Source: Octopus vulgaris
Taxonomy: Eukaryota
DNA: 64,000 nt
Direction: 5' to 3'
NCBI GenBank assembly: GCA_951406725.2
Contig: OX597814.1
Span: 67,766,001-67,830,000, forward strand
In this document: positions 37,110-50,188 of the stretch, one piece after another
Layout: each line of letters begins with the position of its first letter
How positions within the stretch are numbered: the first letter of the stretch is position 1
Translations under genes and position numbers: made by a program
The notes under the pieces: generated by a model
Database searches by the model: none
What the model was told of the DNA's origin: nothing
What the model saw: the letters and a program-made list of their open reading frames with translations, nothing else

Positions 37110-39960
37110 AGGAGCCCTATTATCGAAACCATCAAGCAAAAGGTATCTGCTAAAGCTGCCCGCATAGCGAGGTATGAAAAGTGTATTAGATCCTTCAAGG
37201 ACAACATGTTCAAAAATAACCCCAAAAATTTTTACAGGAAGATAGGGAAAACACCAGTTACTGTAAAGTCAAAAGAAGTGCAAGGTTTTTGGAATAAAAT
37301 TTGGGCAGAAGAAAAATCACACAACGAAAAGGCCACGTGGATTGATAGAATAGCTACGGTTTTGTACTCCTTAGAGGAGCAAAAGTGGGAGGGTGTCAAG
37401 GTAGAAGATGTAAGATCTGCTCTCAGGAGGTCAAGCAAATGGAAGTCTCCAGGAAAGGATAAAATTCCTAACTTCTGGTTGAATGACTTCCCAGAGAGCC
37501 ATGAACTGCTAACAGAACTTTACAATGATGTTTTGCAACACCCTAGTAGGATGCCTGCTTGGCTAGTTGATGGTTTAACATTCTTGCTCCCAAAAAGTGA
37601 AGAAACAAATGAACCAAAAAAACTATAGACCCATAACCTGCTTAACAACTATGTATAAAACGCTAACATCTGTCCTGGCGGAATATACCTATAGTTTTTT
37701 AATAGACAGCAGCATATTCCCAATAGACTATAAAAAGGCTTTTGATAGCCTACCACACAGCTGGATAAAGAAAAGCCTGGAAATATTTATCATTCAGAAT
37801 ATCTAAGGCAGCAGTTTTAGCACGGGTTTTCATGCGCTTAGCTTTTTCTGTGCTTGTTTCTTGTATGTCTAATTCCGAAATTTGTTGTATTCGGAATTCA
37901 CTTCGATATTCCTTTGCCTGTTTTGTTACTGACTATGATGCTTTCTTGTTTTCATGTTTTCGCCTACTCTGCGAAACTTTTTGTCTGTAAGTATGAGATC
38001 ATGGAGAACCACACTAACTTTGAACAGTGACGATGAATCTCTAAATGCTGGTGATGTAAAAATTTCATGTGGTATTTTCCAAGGCGACTCACTATCACCA
38101 CTCCTCTTTTGTTTAGCCGTAATACCTCTCTCAAAATTGCTCATTGATGCACAGTACGGATATAAAATGTTGGATGAAAATATAAATCATATCATTTACA
38201 TGGATGGCTTAAAGCTCTTTGCAAAAAATGACCAACAACTCAAGGGCTTACTAACGATTGTTAAACAATTCAGCGATGACATCAGACTGCAATTTGGCCT
38301 CAATAAATGTGCAAAAGCTACCTTTATCAAAGAAAAAATGACAGAAACATCTAACGTTTACCTCGACCAGCAGAATACCATAAAAGAGTTAGACCCAGCG
38401 GAGAGCTATAAGTACCTAGGGGTAATTGAAGGGGGGTGGAATAAAGCATTCAGTGATGAAGGAAAGGATCGGGAGAGAATGTTATCGCAGAGTAAGAGCA
38501 ATACTCAAGACAGCTGAATGCGAGAAACAGGATCGAAGCGATCAATGCTTTAGCCATACCAGTCGTGACTTACAGTTTCAATATCGTTAACTGGTCAATT
38601 ACTGAAATATGTAATCTTGACCGAAAAATAAGAAAACTGTTGACAATGCATAGAATGCACCACCCTAAGGCAGATATAGAACGACTTTATCTGCCACGAA
38701 AATAGGGAGGCCGTGGACTTTTACAACTGGCAATAACAGTGAAGGTTGTTACAATTGGCCTAGACACCTACCTGAAAAACTCAGGACTGGATGTTAAAAC
38801 TTGTCTCAAAACATGAAAACAAGACAGCATCATAGTCAGTAACAAAACAAGCAAAGGAATATCTAAGTGAATTCCGAATACAACAAATTTCGGAATTAGA
38901 CATACAAGAAACAAGCACAGAAAAAGCTAAGCGCATGAAAACCCGTGCTAAAACTGCTGCCTTAGATATTCTGAATGATAAATGGTAAGAAATACCTCTC
39001 AATGGCAAATACCCAAAGAGAGCGAATAATGCAGATGTTGACTAAGCCCTGACCCATCAATGGCTAATGGCCTCTGGCTTAAAATCTGAAACAAGGGTTT
39101 ATCATAGCAGCTCAAGATCAATGCCTGCCTACAAGGAACTACCAGGCCAACATATTAAAGAATGGCAGTAGCCCAACATGTCGCGTATGTCAACAACAAA
39201 ATGAAACCATTGATCATGTTGTCTTCAAGTGCAGTCTTTTAGCGCCTACAGAGTATCTCAACAGGCATGATAGAGCTGCACAATATATTCACTGGTTAAT
39301 TTGCAAAAGCCTGGACTTGCCCCATGATAAAATCTGGTGGGAACACAAACCACCTCCAGTGCTTGAAAATGACCACATCTCACTCCTCTGGAACTTCACC
39401 ATTCAAACTGTCAGAAAGATAGACGCGAATAAACCAGACATCATAATAAAAGACTTCAGACAAAGAACTTGCTTCCTCATTGATATGACTGTCCCAATCG
39501 ATAGAAACATATCTGTCAAGACCTACCAGAAACTGAGCAAATATAAAGATCGTGAAATAGAAATCAGCAAAATGTGGAACCTGAAGACTGAAACAATACC
39601 TGTTGTCATAGGTGCCCTGGGAATGATAGCAAAAGGGGCTGATTGCTACCTAACTCAAATACCAGGAAACCCCAAAATGGCAGAAATTCAAAAGATAGTG
39701 CTCATGGAAACTGCTCATATCCTACGCAAAATACTTTCTATGTAATCTCAAGGTTTAAAACAAACATAATTTTCGTATGGCTTTTTAAGCATTCACTAGT
39801 ACAACACTAAGTACAAAACCAAATATATGGCACCCTAGGCATAACACCAACACGAACTTCCAACTTGTCTCTTGAGGTCTCTGGGTGAGACTTGGAGCCA
39901 GCTTGTGCAAATGTAAAGCAAAAGTCAAACATAGAATAATAATAATAATATTATTATTAT
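37110..39960 (+). mobile_element. 5'-truncated R4/Dong-clade non-LTR retrotransposon (RT, CCHC, restriction-like endonuclease)
   Basis: WKSPGKDKIPNFWL, DYKKAFDS, GIFQGDSLSPLLFC, YMDG(D)LKLFAK, CRVC..NETIDHV..C, KPDIIIKD..IDMTVP..KLSKYKD. 3' end abuts (TAA)n. Confidence 0.88.
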
Positions 39961-40247
39961 CATTGATAATTAATTTTTATTTATCTGTCCATAAGCATAG
40001 ACGTGCTTATATGTTACAATGTATTTATATATGTATATGACGTATAGTATATCTACATGAACCTATTGTTTAATTGTATTTATTTATGTAGTTTACGCAT
40101 GTAAACAGTATATACATTTTGCTTATGTATGTATATGTGTGTATATATGTATATGACTATTTGGATATTTGTTTATTTTTTTATATATATTAAATAATAC
40201 GTGTATCGATTTTAATGCGTTAATATTGATATTTTTAAAGTTCCGTA

Positions 40248-40385
40248 TAACCTCTGACGAGGCCTTTGGTTAATAATATAAGTACTCTATTTTTATATGA
40301 CTACAACCTCAGTATGTTGACAACTATAGGTAATGAAAATACAATTATCTACTTTTAGCCATAGGCTGAAACAGCTGTCAGAAGT
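40248..40385 (+). ncRNA. Hammerhead-like motif with canonical core and long stem II insertion
   Basis: CUGACGA (40254) ggccu-u-uggu ua ...~83 nt... uagcca-u-aggcu GAAA (40368) cagcug UC. Stem I is weak. Confidence 0.5.
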
Positions 40386-40657
40386 GTTTATAATGATTTC
40401 ATTAATTTATATTATGACTTTTATAATTTGTATTCTTATCTTATATCTCATATGTATTGAATTATAGAATATATTTGTATGCTATTGATGTTCTCATTTT
40501 GTTAAATGAATAAATAATCCAGCATTATAATATCCGAAAGTTGATGAACAAGCTAAATTTGTTTCTCCATTTTCTTATTTGTATTATATATATATAGTAG
40601 TAGTAGTAGTAACAGAAAAGAGGAATTTCGGTTGTCTCCACGTGTTGGATTGTAATG

Positions 40658-40867
40658 TATATAAGAAATTAAAAAAGGAAAATACACACGCTTACATGGT
40701 TATAATATAATTTTTAATATATTGACCGGTTTCGCAATCGCTATTCATGATATAATGTTTAATTTATATGAATATATATTTATTCTGAATAGCGATTGCG
40801 AAATCGGTCGATATATTAAAAATTATATTATAACCATGTAAGTGTGCGTATTTTCCTTTTTTAATTT

Positions 40868-40875
<8 letters not shown>
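40658..40875. repeat. ~220 bp foldback element with an A3-U8 hammerhead motif
   Basis: Arms 40658-40747 and 40786-40875 are inverted. Minus strand 40718-40754: uauauc AUGAAUA gc-gauu-gc GAAA ccgg UC aauaua. Confidence 0.8.
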
Positions 40876-40904
<29 letters not shown>

Positions 40905-41042
40905 CACACACACACACACACATATATATAATATATATTATATTATACGTGACACCTTGGGCAAGTGTCTTCTACTAAAGCCTCGGGCCAACCAAAGTCT
41001 TGTGAGTGGATTTGGTAGACGGTAACTGAAAGAAGCCCGTCG

Positions 41043-41108
<66 letters not shown>

Positions 41109-41209
41109 CATATATATATATTATATATTATACATATATATATGTGTGTGTGTGTGTGTGTGTTGTATAATATATATATATATATATATTATACATATAT
41201 GTATATATA

Positions 41210-43380
41210 CAGGAATCCGTTGTTTTCCGAAAATAATGCGTTCCTGATAATCTGTCTGTGATACGAAATTAGTTTTCTCATTGGTTTTCATATTATCAAT
41301 TGGGATTGAGTTCCTACGAACATTAAAAAAAAAAGCCAAAAAAGAAAGAACAAGAAAACAACAGATAGGAAGCAACGCGATAACCTTCATGCATGAAAAT
41401 AATTATTTCTAAACATACACGGTACAATATAGCTACATAAAAGCAATAAAACATATAAAGAGGAATACGTTAGGGAATTAATAAGAATCGTAACTGTGTA
41501 ATTGTACGTTCTTAACACAAAAGATGTTGACCACTGCGAAGGAGTGTTGGTGGGATTCATTGACATGAACATCAGCTTGAAGTGTGAAGAACTAAGCAAA
41601 GTTGTTTCTTGTTTATGGCGCATTATCTCTTTGTACAGCTCGGTATAGAATCTGAGCCCATTGTAAACTTCTCTTGTAATTCGTAAGTTACATTCACGAT
41701 TTGGATCATTATCGTCCAAAACCTGCAGACCTTCCTCTATGAGGGTCAAGCCTTTAGCAATAATTTCTGCTGTCAATTTCAGTGGTGCAGGAGGAACTTC
41801 TGTTGTCTTATCTGTATTCTCGCTTGTTCTTTTTCTAATAGCATCAGCTAATCGTTAGCTAAACTTTCTCTTTGGAACACTGGCACCTCAGTCACGTCAT
41901 CCTTTGTGACTTCTTCAAATCCTACAGTTTTCGCAAGTGTCACAATATCTTTCCAAATTTGATGTAAAATTTCTGCTTGAGGAAAACTTGTAATATCATG
42001 GATACAGTCTGATCACATACTTTTCTAAGCACTATTCAAAGTTAAAGGCTTCATTTCATCTTGTTGCTCAACTATATAATCCACAGCATCCATTATGTTG
42101 AATTTCTTCCAGAAATCTCTAATTGTAGGTTATCTTCCGTGTAAAATTGCTTTCATTAGTTGTTCGAAAGTTCTCATATGATATGCCATGAAGTTAGCTG
42201 TCGAACCTGGATCCATTGCCTAGAGCAAAGAAATTGTATTCTTGAGGATATATTCTACTCTCACATTATCAGAAAAGTTATCTAAGTCCGCTGAGTGGTT
42301 CGGGGCATTGTTTAAATAAAGCAATGATTTATTGAAAATATGTCAGGCACTGTATCTTTCAACTGCAGGACAGAAATCGCTTGCAAACCACACTTTGAAA
42401 AGACTCTTAGTTATTCGTCTCCTTATATGAACGTCAATATTAAACTTTGTGTAACCCTTTAAAGCCCTTACATTTTTGGAGTAATACACGTAGAGGGTCT
42501 TTAATTTCATATCACCAGTGGCATATCCTCCCCAAAGAAGTGTCAGGCGAGTTTTGGAAGCTTTAAATTCTGCTGCTGATTTCTCTTCTAGAGAAATAAA
42601 AGTTCTAGCTGACATGCACTTCCAGAAAAGTGCAGTCTCATCAACATTGTATACTTAAACTGGTGAGTTACCCGCTTCAGCAGTCATTTTCTTCAAGGCC
42701 CTGGATAATTTGTATCGGCCTCTGTATCAGCGCTCGCAGTTTCACCAATCATTTTTATGTTGTGCAAAATCATGCACTTCTTAAACCTTTCAAACCAGCC
42801 TTTACTAACCAAAATGTGTTTACATCAGAAATTTCACCTTCCTTTTTCTGAAAATCATCATGATTCTTTTTTGAATTATTATTATGTTTATCGGCATATT
42901 ACGCCGATTCTGATCCTCGATTCATACACTCAAGAGTTGTTCCATTTATCATAGATCTATGGAAAAACAAGGTCTGAACATTTAACGGAGTAGCTTCTTG
43001 AGCACTAGACATAATTTTCTCTGTTGTCACGTATTGTTCTCACTGTAGACATTTCAAGATTTAATGTTTTGTCAACATAATTTAGTTTTACTTCCGCATT
43101 ATGTCTTTAAGAAACATCTAGTTTAATACCCAGTGTAATCCCTTTAAGGTTTCTTTTCACACTACTACTTCTAGGTCTACTTGATGACTTCTCTCTAGTC
43201 ATTTTAAATTGAAAGCTAAACCAGGGACTAATTATCTAAAACAAATACGTAGTAACAATAAAATTGGCCCAGGAAAGATAATCTGTGAGAGCGGAAAATT
43301 GTCGTATCCTATTGATGCAATAATGAAAATGAGATGAAAAGTTGAAGGACAGAGGAAGAGGAAGTACTGTATGCTTACAG
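41210..43380 (-). mobile_element. Decayed pogo/Tigger DNA transposon
   Basis: RTFISLEEK..FKASKTRLTLLWGG.ATGDMKLK..Y.SKNVRALKG, LLYLNNAPNH, AMDPG (QPMDQG-like). CAGG-start terminus at 41210. Confidence 0.8.
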
Positions 43381-43768
43381 CTTGTTAAAGGGTCACCAGA
43401 TTTTATAGGCAGTTCGCTCCTTGTACGTCTTACGAAGAAATGCATGCGCACGCACACGCACACACTCATGTACACGCTGATATCTCTTGTAGCCAGTTGG
43501 ATTCAAAAGTTCATGGATTGGTGGTTTAAATGCTATTGATGGTGTGCAGGTATTGTTGGTGTTGTGGTGGAAATATTGCTCTTGCAAATGGTATTTATGT
43601 GGCTGTTTTGTCTGAAGTAAATCCTCATAGATGCACTAGGTCAACATATTTGTTTTTATATTTGAAATGGACTTGCTTCTCTACTTCATACTATCGTACT
43701 ATTGGTGTTGGTGGTTGTCTTCGTGTTGATGATTGTAACACACACACACACGTACATAATACAACATT

Positions 43769-43822
<54 letters not shown>

Positions 43823-43826
<4 letters not shown>

Positions 43827-45208
43827 ACCCCACGACCCTACCTCTCCAACGCACCATTCTTCGAGCTTTCCGTCATCTCCAGTCCGACCCGTCCACTTCA
43901 CACCTCTTCCCTAACCGACCCCTCCCCTCTTTCAAACGAGCCCATAACCTTCGAGACCTTTTGGTCCATAGCTCCTTCCCTGACCCTACCTCCCAACCTG
44001 GCTCGTTCCCCTGCTCCCGCCCACGTTGCCGTACTTGCCCTTACCTTTCCAACACCACCCTCCTCACTGGCACCCATCATCTACCCTATCGCATCATCAA
44101 CTCCTTCACCTGCACCTCCAGCAATATTATCTATTGCGTCTCTTGCTCTCTCTGCCATTCCCTGTACATCGGACAAACGGGACGCCGCTTGGCTGACCGG
44201 TTCGCGGAACACCTTCGTGACATCTGCCTTGCGAACGACACACCGGTCTCACGCCATTTCCGCTCCACCGGTCACTCCTTGCAACATCTATCTGTGTTCG
44301 GTTTGTCCTTACACAGAGGCCATCCGGATTCCCGTTTGCGCCGTGAACAGGAATTAATCTTCTCTCTTCGCCATTTGGTCTCAACTCCCCCCCCTCCTCA
44401 TCTAACCCCCATCTCCCCCTCCTCATCTAACCTCCCCCCGACCCCTACTTCTCTTCAGTCCTTCATCCTTTCACCCCTACTCCTCTTCCCTTCTTCCCTC
44501 TTTCTCCCTCCCTCCTTCTTCCCTCTTCCCCTTCCCTCTTTCTCTCTGCTCCCTCACTCCCCTTCTCTCTCCCCCCTCTCCCTCTATCCTCCCCCTCCTC
44601 CCCATCCCCCCCTCCTCTTCTCCCCCCTCCTCTTCTCCTCTCCTTCCTTCTCCCCCTTCCCCTTCCCCCTCCTCTTCTCCCCTTTCCTTCTCCCCTCTTC
44701 TCCCCTTTCTTTCTCTCCCCTCTCCCCCTCACCCTCTTCCCTCATCTCCTCTCTCTACCCTACACCATACGACTTTACACATCACATATATACATACACA
44801 CGTCCAGACCTCTCATACGCACTAATACTCTCTCATACATACACACACACTCTTCTCATACACACACACACACTCTTATGTTGGAGCGAGGTCATTTAAC
44901 CCTATTATCTCCCCTAATTTCGCTCTTGCGTCTCATGTTTGACCTTTGACTTCTGGCCGAAATCAGATCGCCATGTTGATTCGCTAGCTTCTGCACACAT
45001 ATTTTTTTTCTCTCCTTCTTTCTGTGTTTTTCTCTGTGTGTCTTTCTGTTGAAGAGCGTAGGCTCGAAACGTTAAAGACTTGTTTTATTTATATTTCCTG
45101 AGCGCCATACTAATACAATTGTTTGTTTGTATTCCACCTGCCTTCGTCTTTTGTTTATTTCCGTAAACCTGCCTTCGTCTTTTGTCTATTTTGATAAAGC
45201 TTCCCGTT
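43823..45208 (+). mobile_element. 5'-truncated Neptune-like Penelope element (Cys-rich linker, GIY-YIG, 3' pLTR) in (TA)n
   Basis: YHP..F.RAHNLRDLLVHS..PCSRPRCRTCPY..NIIYCVSCSLC..YIGQTGRRLADRFAEHL..HF..H..RLRREQELIF. The terminal GLN is frameshifted. Polypyrimidine tract, then HHR-like motif at 45040-45079. Confidence 0.9.
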
Positions 45209-45904
45209 ATATATATATATATATATGAAATACGAAATGGGACAAGAACGCAAAATATCCGGACAGCTAGGTGATACAAAAAGGGACAACAAAACATCCA
45301 GATAGACGATACAAAGAAAACAAGGACGAGTCATTCAAAGTTTTCTTTCCTCAGTCAAGCACCAGATTATCCTCGCAATTCGGCTGATTATACTCGAGAT
45401 TGCTCCAATCTGGCCAGCCCCAAGGAAAAACTAAGCTAAGAGCATTAGATTCCTTGGAAGAAAGCACCGAATGTATACAAAAACAAGGACGAAAAAACGG
45501 ACAAAGTTACACAAATATAAATACAATAATAAATACAATAAATTAACAACAGGGCATAACAACAAGTGTCTTTCGACTAAGGACGAATTGAATTAAGCTG
45601 GCGTGTGTGGAAATGAAGCCTTACGGCAGAGATACAAAATTTTCACAAACACAGGGAAGAATATCGATATTGCATGGACGGCAGTCAGAGCAAAAAAAAA
45701 AAAGAACAGGCTAGGTTGACCGGCCGTCACGTGGGAAGAGAAGAGAGAGAAGTAGAAGCAGAGGGACAGAAAAATTAAGGAGGAGCGAGAAAAAAGGACA
45801 GGGAAACAGTGAAGTGAAAAGTGGAGGGAAAGTGAGTAAGAAGTGAAGGCAAAGAAATGTGTGAGAGGGGGAATGAAAGGACGAAGAATGGAATGAACGA
45901 ATAA

Positions 45905-47950
45905 ACGTGAAACCCGGCGTTGCTAGGGATTAAAATGGCATAGTTTGTATATAGTATATTACAAGTATGTTGAAACAGGTGATATGGGAAAGTGCAGCAT
46001 TGACAACAAAACATTTGTGGAGTAAATGCTGGGCTAATTCAACTAAGCAACATGCTATTCGTCCGTTTGGAGTATTTCAGGCCCTAACCTGTCATGGAAA
46101 ATTGGATGTGGGGATTTTTGAACGCACCGAAAAGCTGTCAGTGGATATACTCTTTTTTGCAGCAGTCGGCGCTGTGTCTAACACGACCCATCATCTGAAA
46201 TTTTAACAACTCCTTCGGGTTTGTTGTCCTACATCACTCATAAAGTAAATTTGGAGGAACTGTGGCTGTTCATTTGTGGGTAATAGGGAGCCAATGAGGT
46301 GATTGATTTGCCCTTGAACTTTGACGTCGTCGTAAATTCATGTTTATCTCCTTAGATGCACCAAACGATGTCATTTGAAATGCTGAGTTGTATTGTTTGA
46401 TATTGTTCAGAAAATCCCTTGACTGGATGGATGTGCCTTCTAGAAGATCCATAAGAGGTTGAGAAGGAGCTGGTTGTGCTGGCAATGTTACCTGACCGCC
46501 TGAGCAACATTCACCATTTGTTTCATTTGAAAATTTTAAAGCTCTACAGTAACGTCAATTTGTGTTTAGCACACCAATTTGGACAGTTATCATTTTTATA
46601 AGAATGGGAGGGATCATATCTAAAAACAGCTTCAGGAGTTGTGAAGAATGAATTTGTACGTAGTCTGTTTCTGAGAGCTATTCTACTGGACCTCTGTCTA
46701 ATAATTTAAAACATTGATTTAATGATCCAGCATTAAGTATTGCAACATGCATTTGTTGATCTTGAGAAAATCTCATCTCTCTTCAGACTCTTGCCTTCGG
46801 TTTTCTACAATCCTCCTTGCTTTATACGTCTTTTCTGTGTTTCTCCCGCTCATTCTGTAAAAATTTATTTGAAGAGAGCAGAAATTGAAAGAAGAGAAAG
46901 CGAAAAGGACAGAGAAAGAAAATGAAAGATGTATATACGTCTATATTAAATGGATACCCATGTATGTGTGTGTGTGCGCGCGCGCGTATGTGTGCGTGTG
47001 TGTGTGAGAGAGAAAAAGAGAGATAGAGTGAGCGAAGGTGTGTGTCGTGTTGATTGAGGTATTTTAAGGTATACATACACACATAGAAAATGTGACGTAA
47101 TCGTATAAAATGTTTGCGATAGTTGATTTATTGAAAAGGTTATAATGTTAAATTTTTGAAATGCAAATATGTGAATGGAAATTAAGTTTATGAAATAGTC
47201 TAAGAGATTGCTGCGGGCTCGCATTAGGCAAGAAGTTGGAAATTTATTTGGCCCATGACACTGCATGGACCTTGGTTTTTGCATTTGACGACTATTGCTT
47301 TAAGTATTTTATTTTGATTTTATGTATATATGTATGTATGAACCAATGAGGGAGACCTCTACATGGTAGCTAGACCTGCTAAAAAGCGCAGCCTAATCTC
47401 CCTCAAAATATCCTACTGTCTTAATCCCACAATTCTGCCTATTATGTAGTTTGAATGAGAAACTGTAACTAAAGATTAAGATTATTAACCCCAAACTTGA
47501 ACGGTGTTAAGTAGTGGAGATGTTTGGTGATTGTATGTAGCGGTTACTTTTGACTGTTTCTTCTCAATAAGGATACTTGATTGATAACGAATCTTAACAC
47601 AATACATATACCACTTCAAGTGGAATCGGACATCATAAGAGAGACAGTATAGCGACGGTTTTGGCTGACTGTCATCCTGTACTCCCCTTGTTGCTAGCGA
47701 AATGGTATGTGCCGGTTGTCCGAGCAAACATGCTGCTTTTAATGGCGGAACTAACAGGACAAAAAGATTACAAAGATAGCGATTCTCACTTTGAAACTAA
47801 TCATTTTGAAAATCTTTTTAAATTATGGAACGCCTCGCTCTCTCATGTATCCATGTTTAAAATTTCAGCGCGATCGGATAAACACCACTCGAGTTATAAG
47901 CGCACAAACAGACAGACAGAACAGATTTTATATACTATATATATAGAGAT
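45905..47950 (-). mobile_element. Non-autonomous Helitron with Rep N-terminal fragments
   Basis: YCRALKF..E..GECCSGGQVTLP, FLNNIKQYNSAFQMTSFGA, KVQGQINHLIGSLLP..PQFLQIYF. 5' TC-TATA..GTCTGTCTG-like end near 47950 and ACCCGGCGTTGCTAGGG hairpin-like 3' region near 45912. Boundaries approximate. Confidence 0.65.
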
Positions 47951-47983
47951 ATAATATATATATATATATGTATATTATAGACA

Positions 47984-48035
<52 letters not shown>

Positions 48036-48324
48036 TTACATTATGTACATTATATATACATGTGTACATTTGTGATTTGTGTGCATGTATATGCGTAACA
48101 CGATGAAAGTTGTTCAAATCGTTAACAAAATACTTTGATCTTAACAAAAACGCAAGTACCCATTCAGCTAAGAGGAAATTGTAATTTTAAATTGTTTACA
48201 ATTTCAAACTCTGAAATACGAGTTTCTGTAAGAACGAAATCCCGTAACCTGAGGTAACCGTATCGCAGGAGATGCCTTGTATATTCATACTTACACATAC
48301 ACAGATAAGCCCGCGCATACACAC

Positions 48325-48384
<60 letters not shown>

Positions 48385-48388
<4 letters not shown>

Positions 48389-48759
48389 TGACGTATATTT
48401 GCCATCTCAATATTGCTACCCCTAAGGGTGGATGCTACTGTAGTTTTTAGCCCCAGGAGGACACACTCCTCCAGCTGGCCATAGACACACTTTCTGTGTC
48501 CTGTCAGTATTTGCAAAGGGAAGTCATCCTTCCCGTCTTCAACTTATGATACACACGGACTCGAGTTTCGAGGTATTGACCTCTCGTCAGCGTGTGACAA
48601 TCATAGTTGTCGGCGAGAATTAGATTTCCTTCACAAATACTTATACTTTTTCCAGCGTCCACTGTCGCTGATATTGAAAAAGTGAAATCAAACAATGATA
48701 AATATCAAAGTGAGTTATATACAGTAGCGGTAACACATCGTGACGTATATTTGCCATCT
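48385..48759 (-). mobile_element. Candidate retrozyme: 352 bp monomer plus 23 bp terminal redundancy, in (TA)n
   Basis: Direct repeat ATCGTGACGTATATTTGCCATCT at 48385-48407 and 48737-48759. Canonical HHR inside. Confidence 0.85.
48552..48596 (-). ncRNA. Canonical type I hammerhead ribozyme
   Basis: cacacg CUGACGA gaggu-caau-accuc GAAA c-ucga-g UC cgugug. Stem I is extended by caacu..augau/aucau..aguug. Predicted cut between 48558 and 48557. Confidence 0.9.
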
Positions 48760-49563
48760 ATATATATATATATTGTACTAACACTTTTTATTTTAGCCTT
48801 TATTGCATTTAAAGTTTTGTCTACATACTGACATCTGGAATTTGTACTGACATTTCAGAAAATATTTATATATAAAAACCCTTTAATATTATTAACATAG
48901 TTAGGCAATATATCAATTACAAGTTTACATAAACTGTATGGTGCTAGAGATGTCCTGGTGGTGTTTGAGGGGAGCCTTATAAATTCAATATCATGTTCGC
49001 TGCTTCATATTTATTTAATATAATTTTAATTCCAGTAGTTTAGTCTGCAAGAAGATTTTTCCATAGACTTTGCAGGTCCTCCCTGTCTGGGGAGTTCGAA
49101 GCAGTTTAGTCATCAGAATCCGACAAGTTCAATTTGTTACTTCTTTTCCGAGGAAATAAACGAAATTCTAATTACAAGCTAGTACTACTTTTGAGCAAGA
49201 TGGTATCACACAGCCTGTGAAGCAATCAATAATTATTAATTTGCCTTACGTTACAACTGAGGAAGCAAGCCTATGATTATTCATTTATTACCAACCGACG
49301 CGAAGGGATAAATACTAGTGATGAGAATTTCATGAAAGAAGACAAATAACAAAATTTGAATGTGTACAAATATTTGGACAAGAAAAAAGAAAAAAGAAAA
49401 AAACAAAATGGTATAGTTAATTAAGTTGGAAATGTGCATCATCACAATTCTATACTTATATTTAGTTTTGATGTTAATACCTGAAGTTGTATCAATTTGT
49501 TTGAAACCAATATATCAAACGAGAGTGAAGTTAAAGGCCTTCTGAAAGCTACTACTTAGAATA

Positions 49564-50188
49564 ATGCAGTTCAAGCTCGTGCCCAGACACCCAGACACTT
49601 CATCCTACTACAACGACAACATTTCTGGTGGATGGGACGCATACACCACATATCAGACTGCAGGTCCTAAAAGATCTGCAATATGGGAAGCTGGCTTTCG
49701 CAAGAAAACACAAGACCGACAGCCATTGGAGACGAGGGTGGATTTCACCTCCTACTTCGGCGGCATACCACGTCTTTCGGCCACGGAGACGGAGTCATGT
49801 GAAATGCCGATAACAAGCGAAGAAACACAGGACGCGATGACTAGCTACACAAAGTTGAAGTTTTCGGGTCTGGATGGTCTGCCCTTCGAGCTTTATCTTC
49901 ATATGCCAGACTTATTTGGTGATCTCTTGGCGGAAGTATACTGCAACTGGTAACAGGATGGGAGAATTCCCGGGGCTATGAAACGTGGTGTAGTGGTGCT
50001 GCTGAGAAAGGACCCGAACAATGGGGACCAAATAAACAATTTTAGGCCCATAAATTTGCTCAATGCAGATTCTAAGATTTTGGTCAATATGTCAGCCAAG
50101 AGGTTGGCACTTATCGTCGATGAGCAGGTCGGTGACGCGCAGACATGCGCTATACCAAACAAATCTGTCAACGACAAGCTCCATTTCA
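49564..50188 (+). mobile_element. Old Tx1/L1 RT fragment
   Basis: GLDGLPFELY, NFRPINLLNADSKIL, QTCAIP. Confidence 0.8.

Noticed and set aside
44380-44899. Pro/Ser/Leu-rich extension of the 312 aa GIY-YIG ORF
   Set aside because: It is read-through into the polypyrimidine 3' UTR after a frameshift near the normal GLN terminus.
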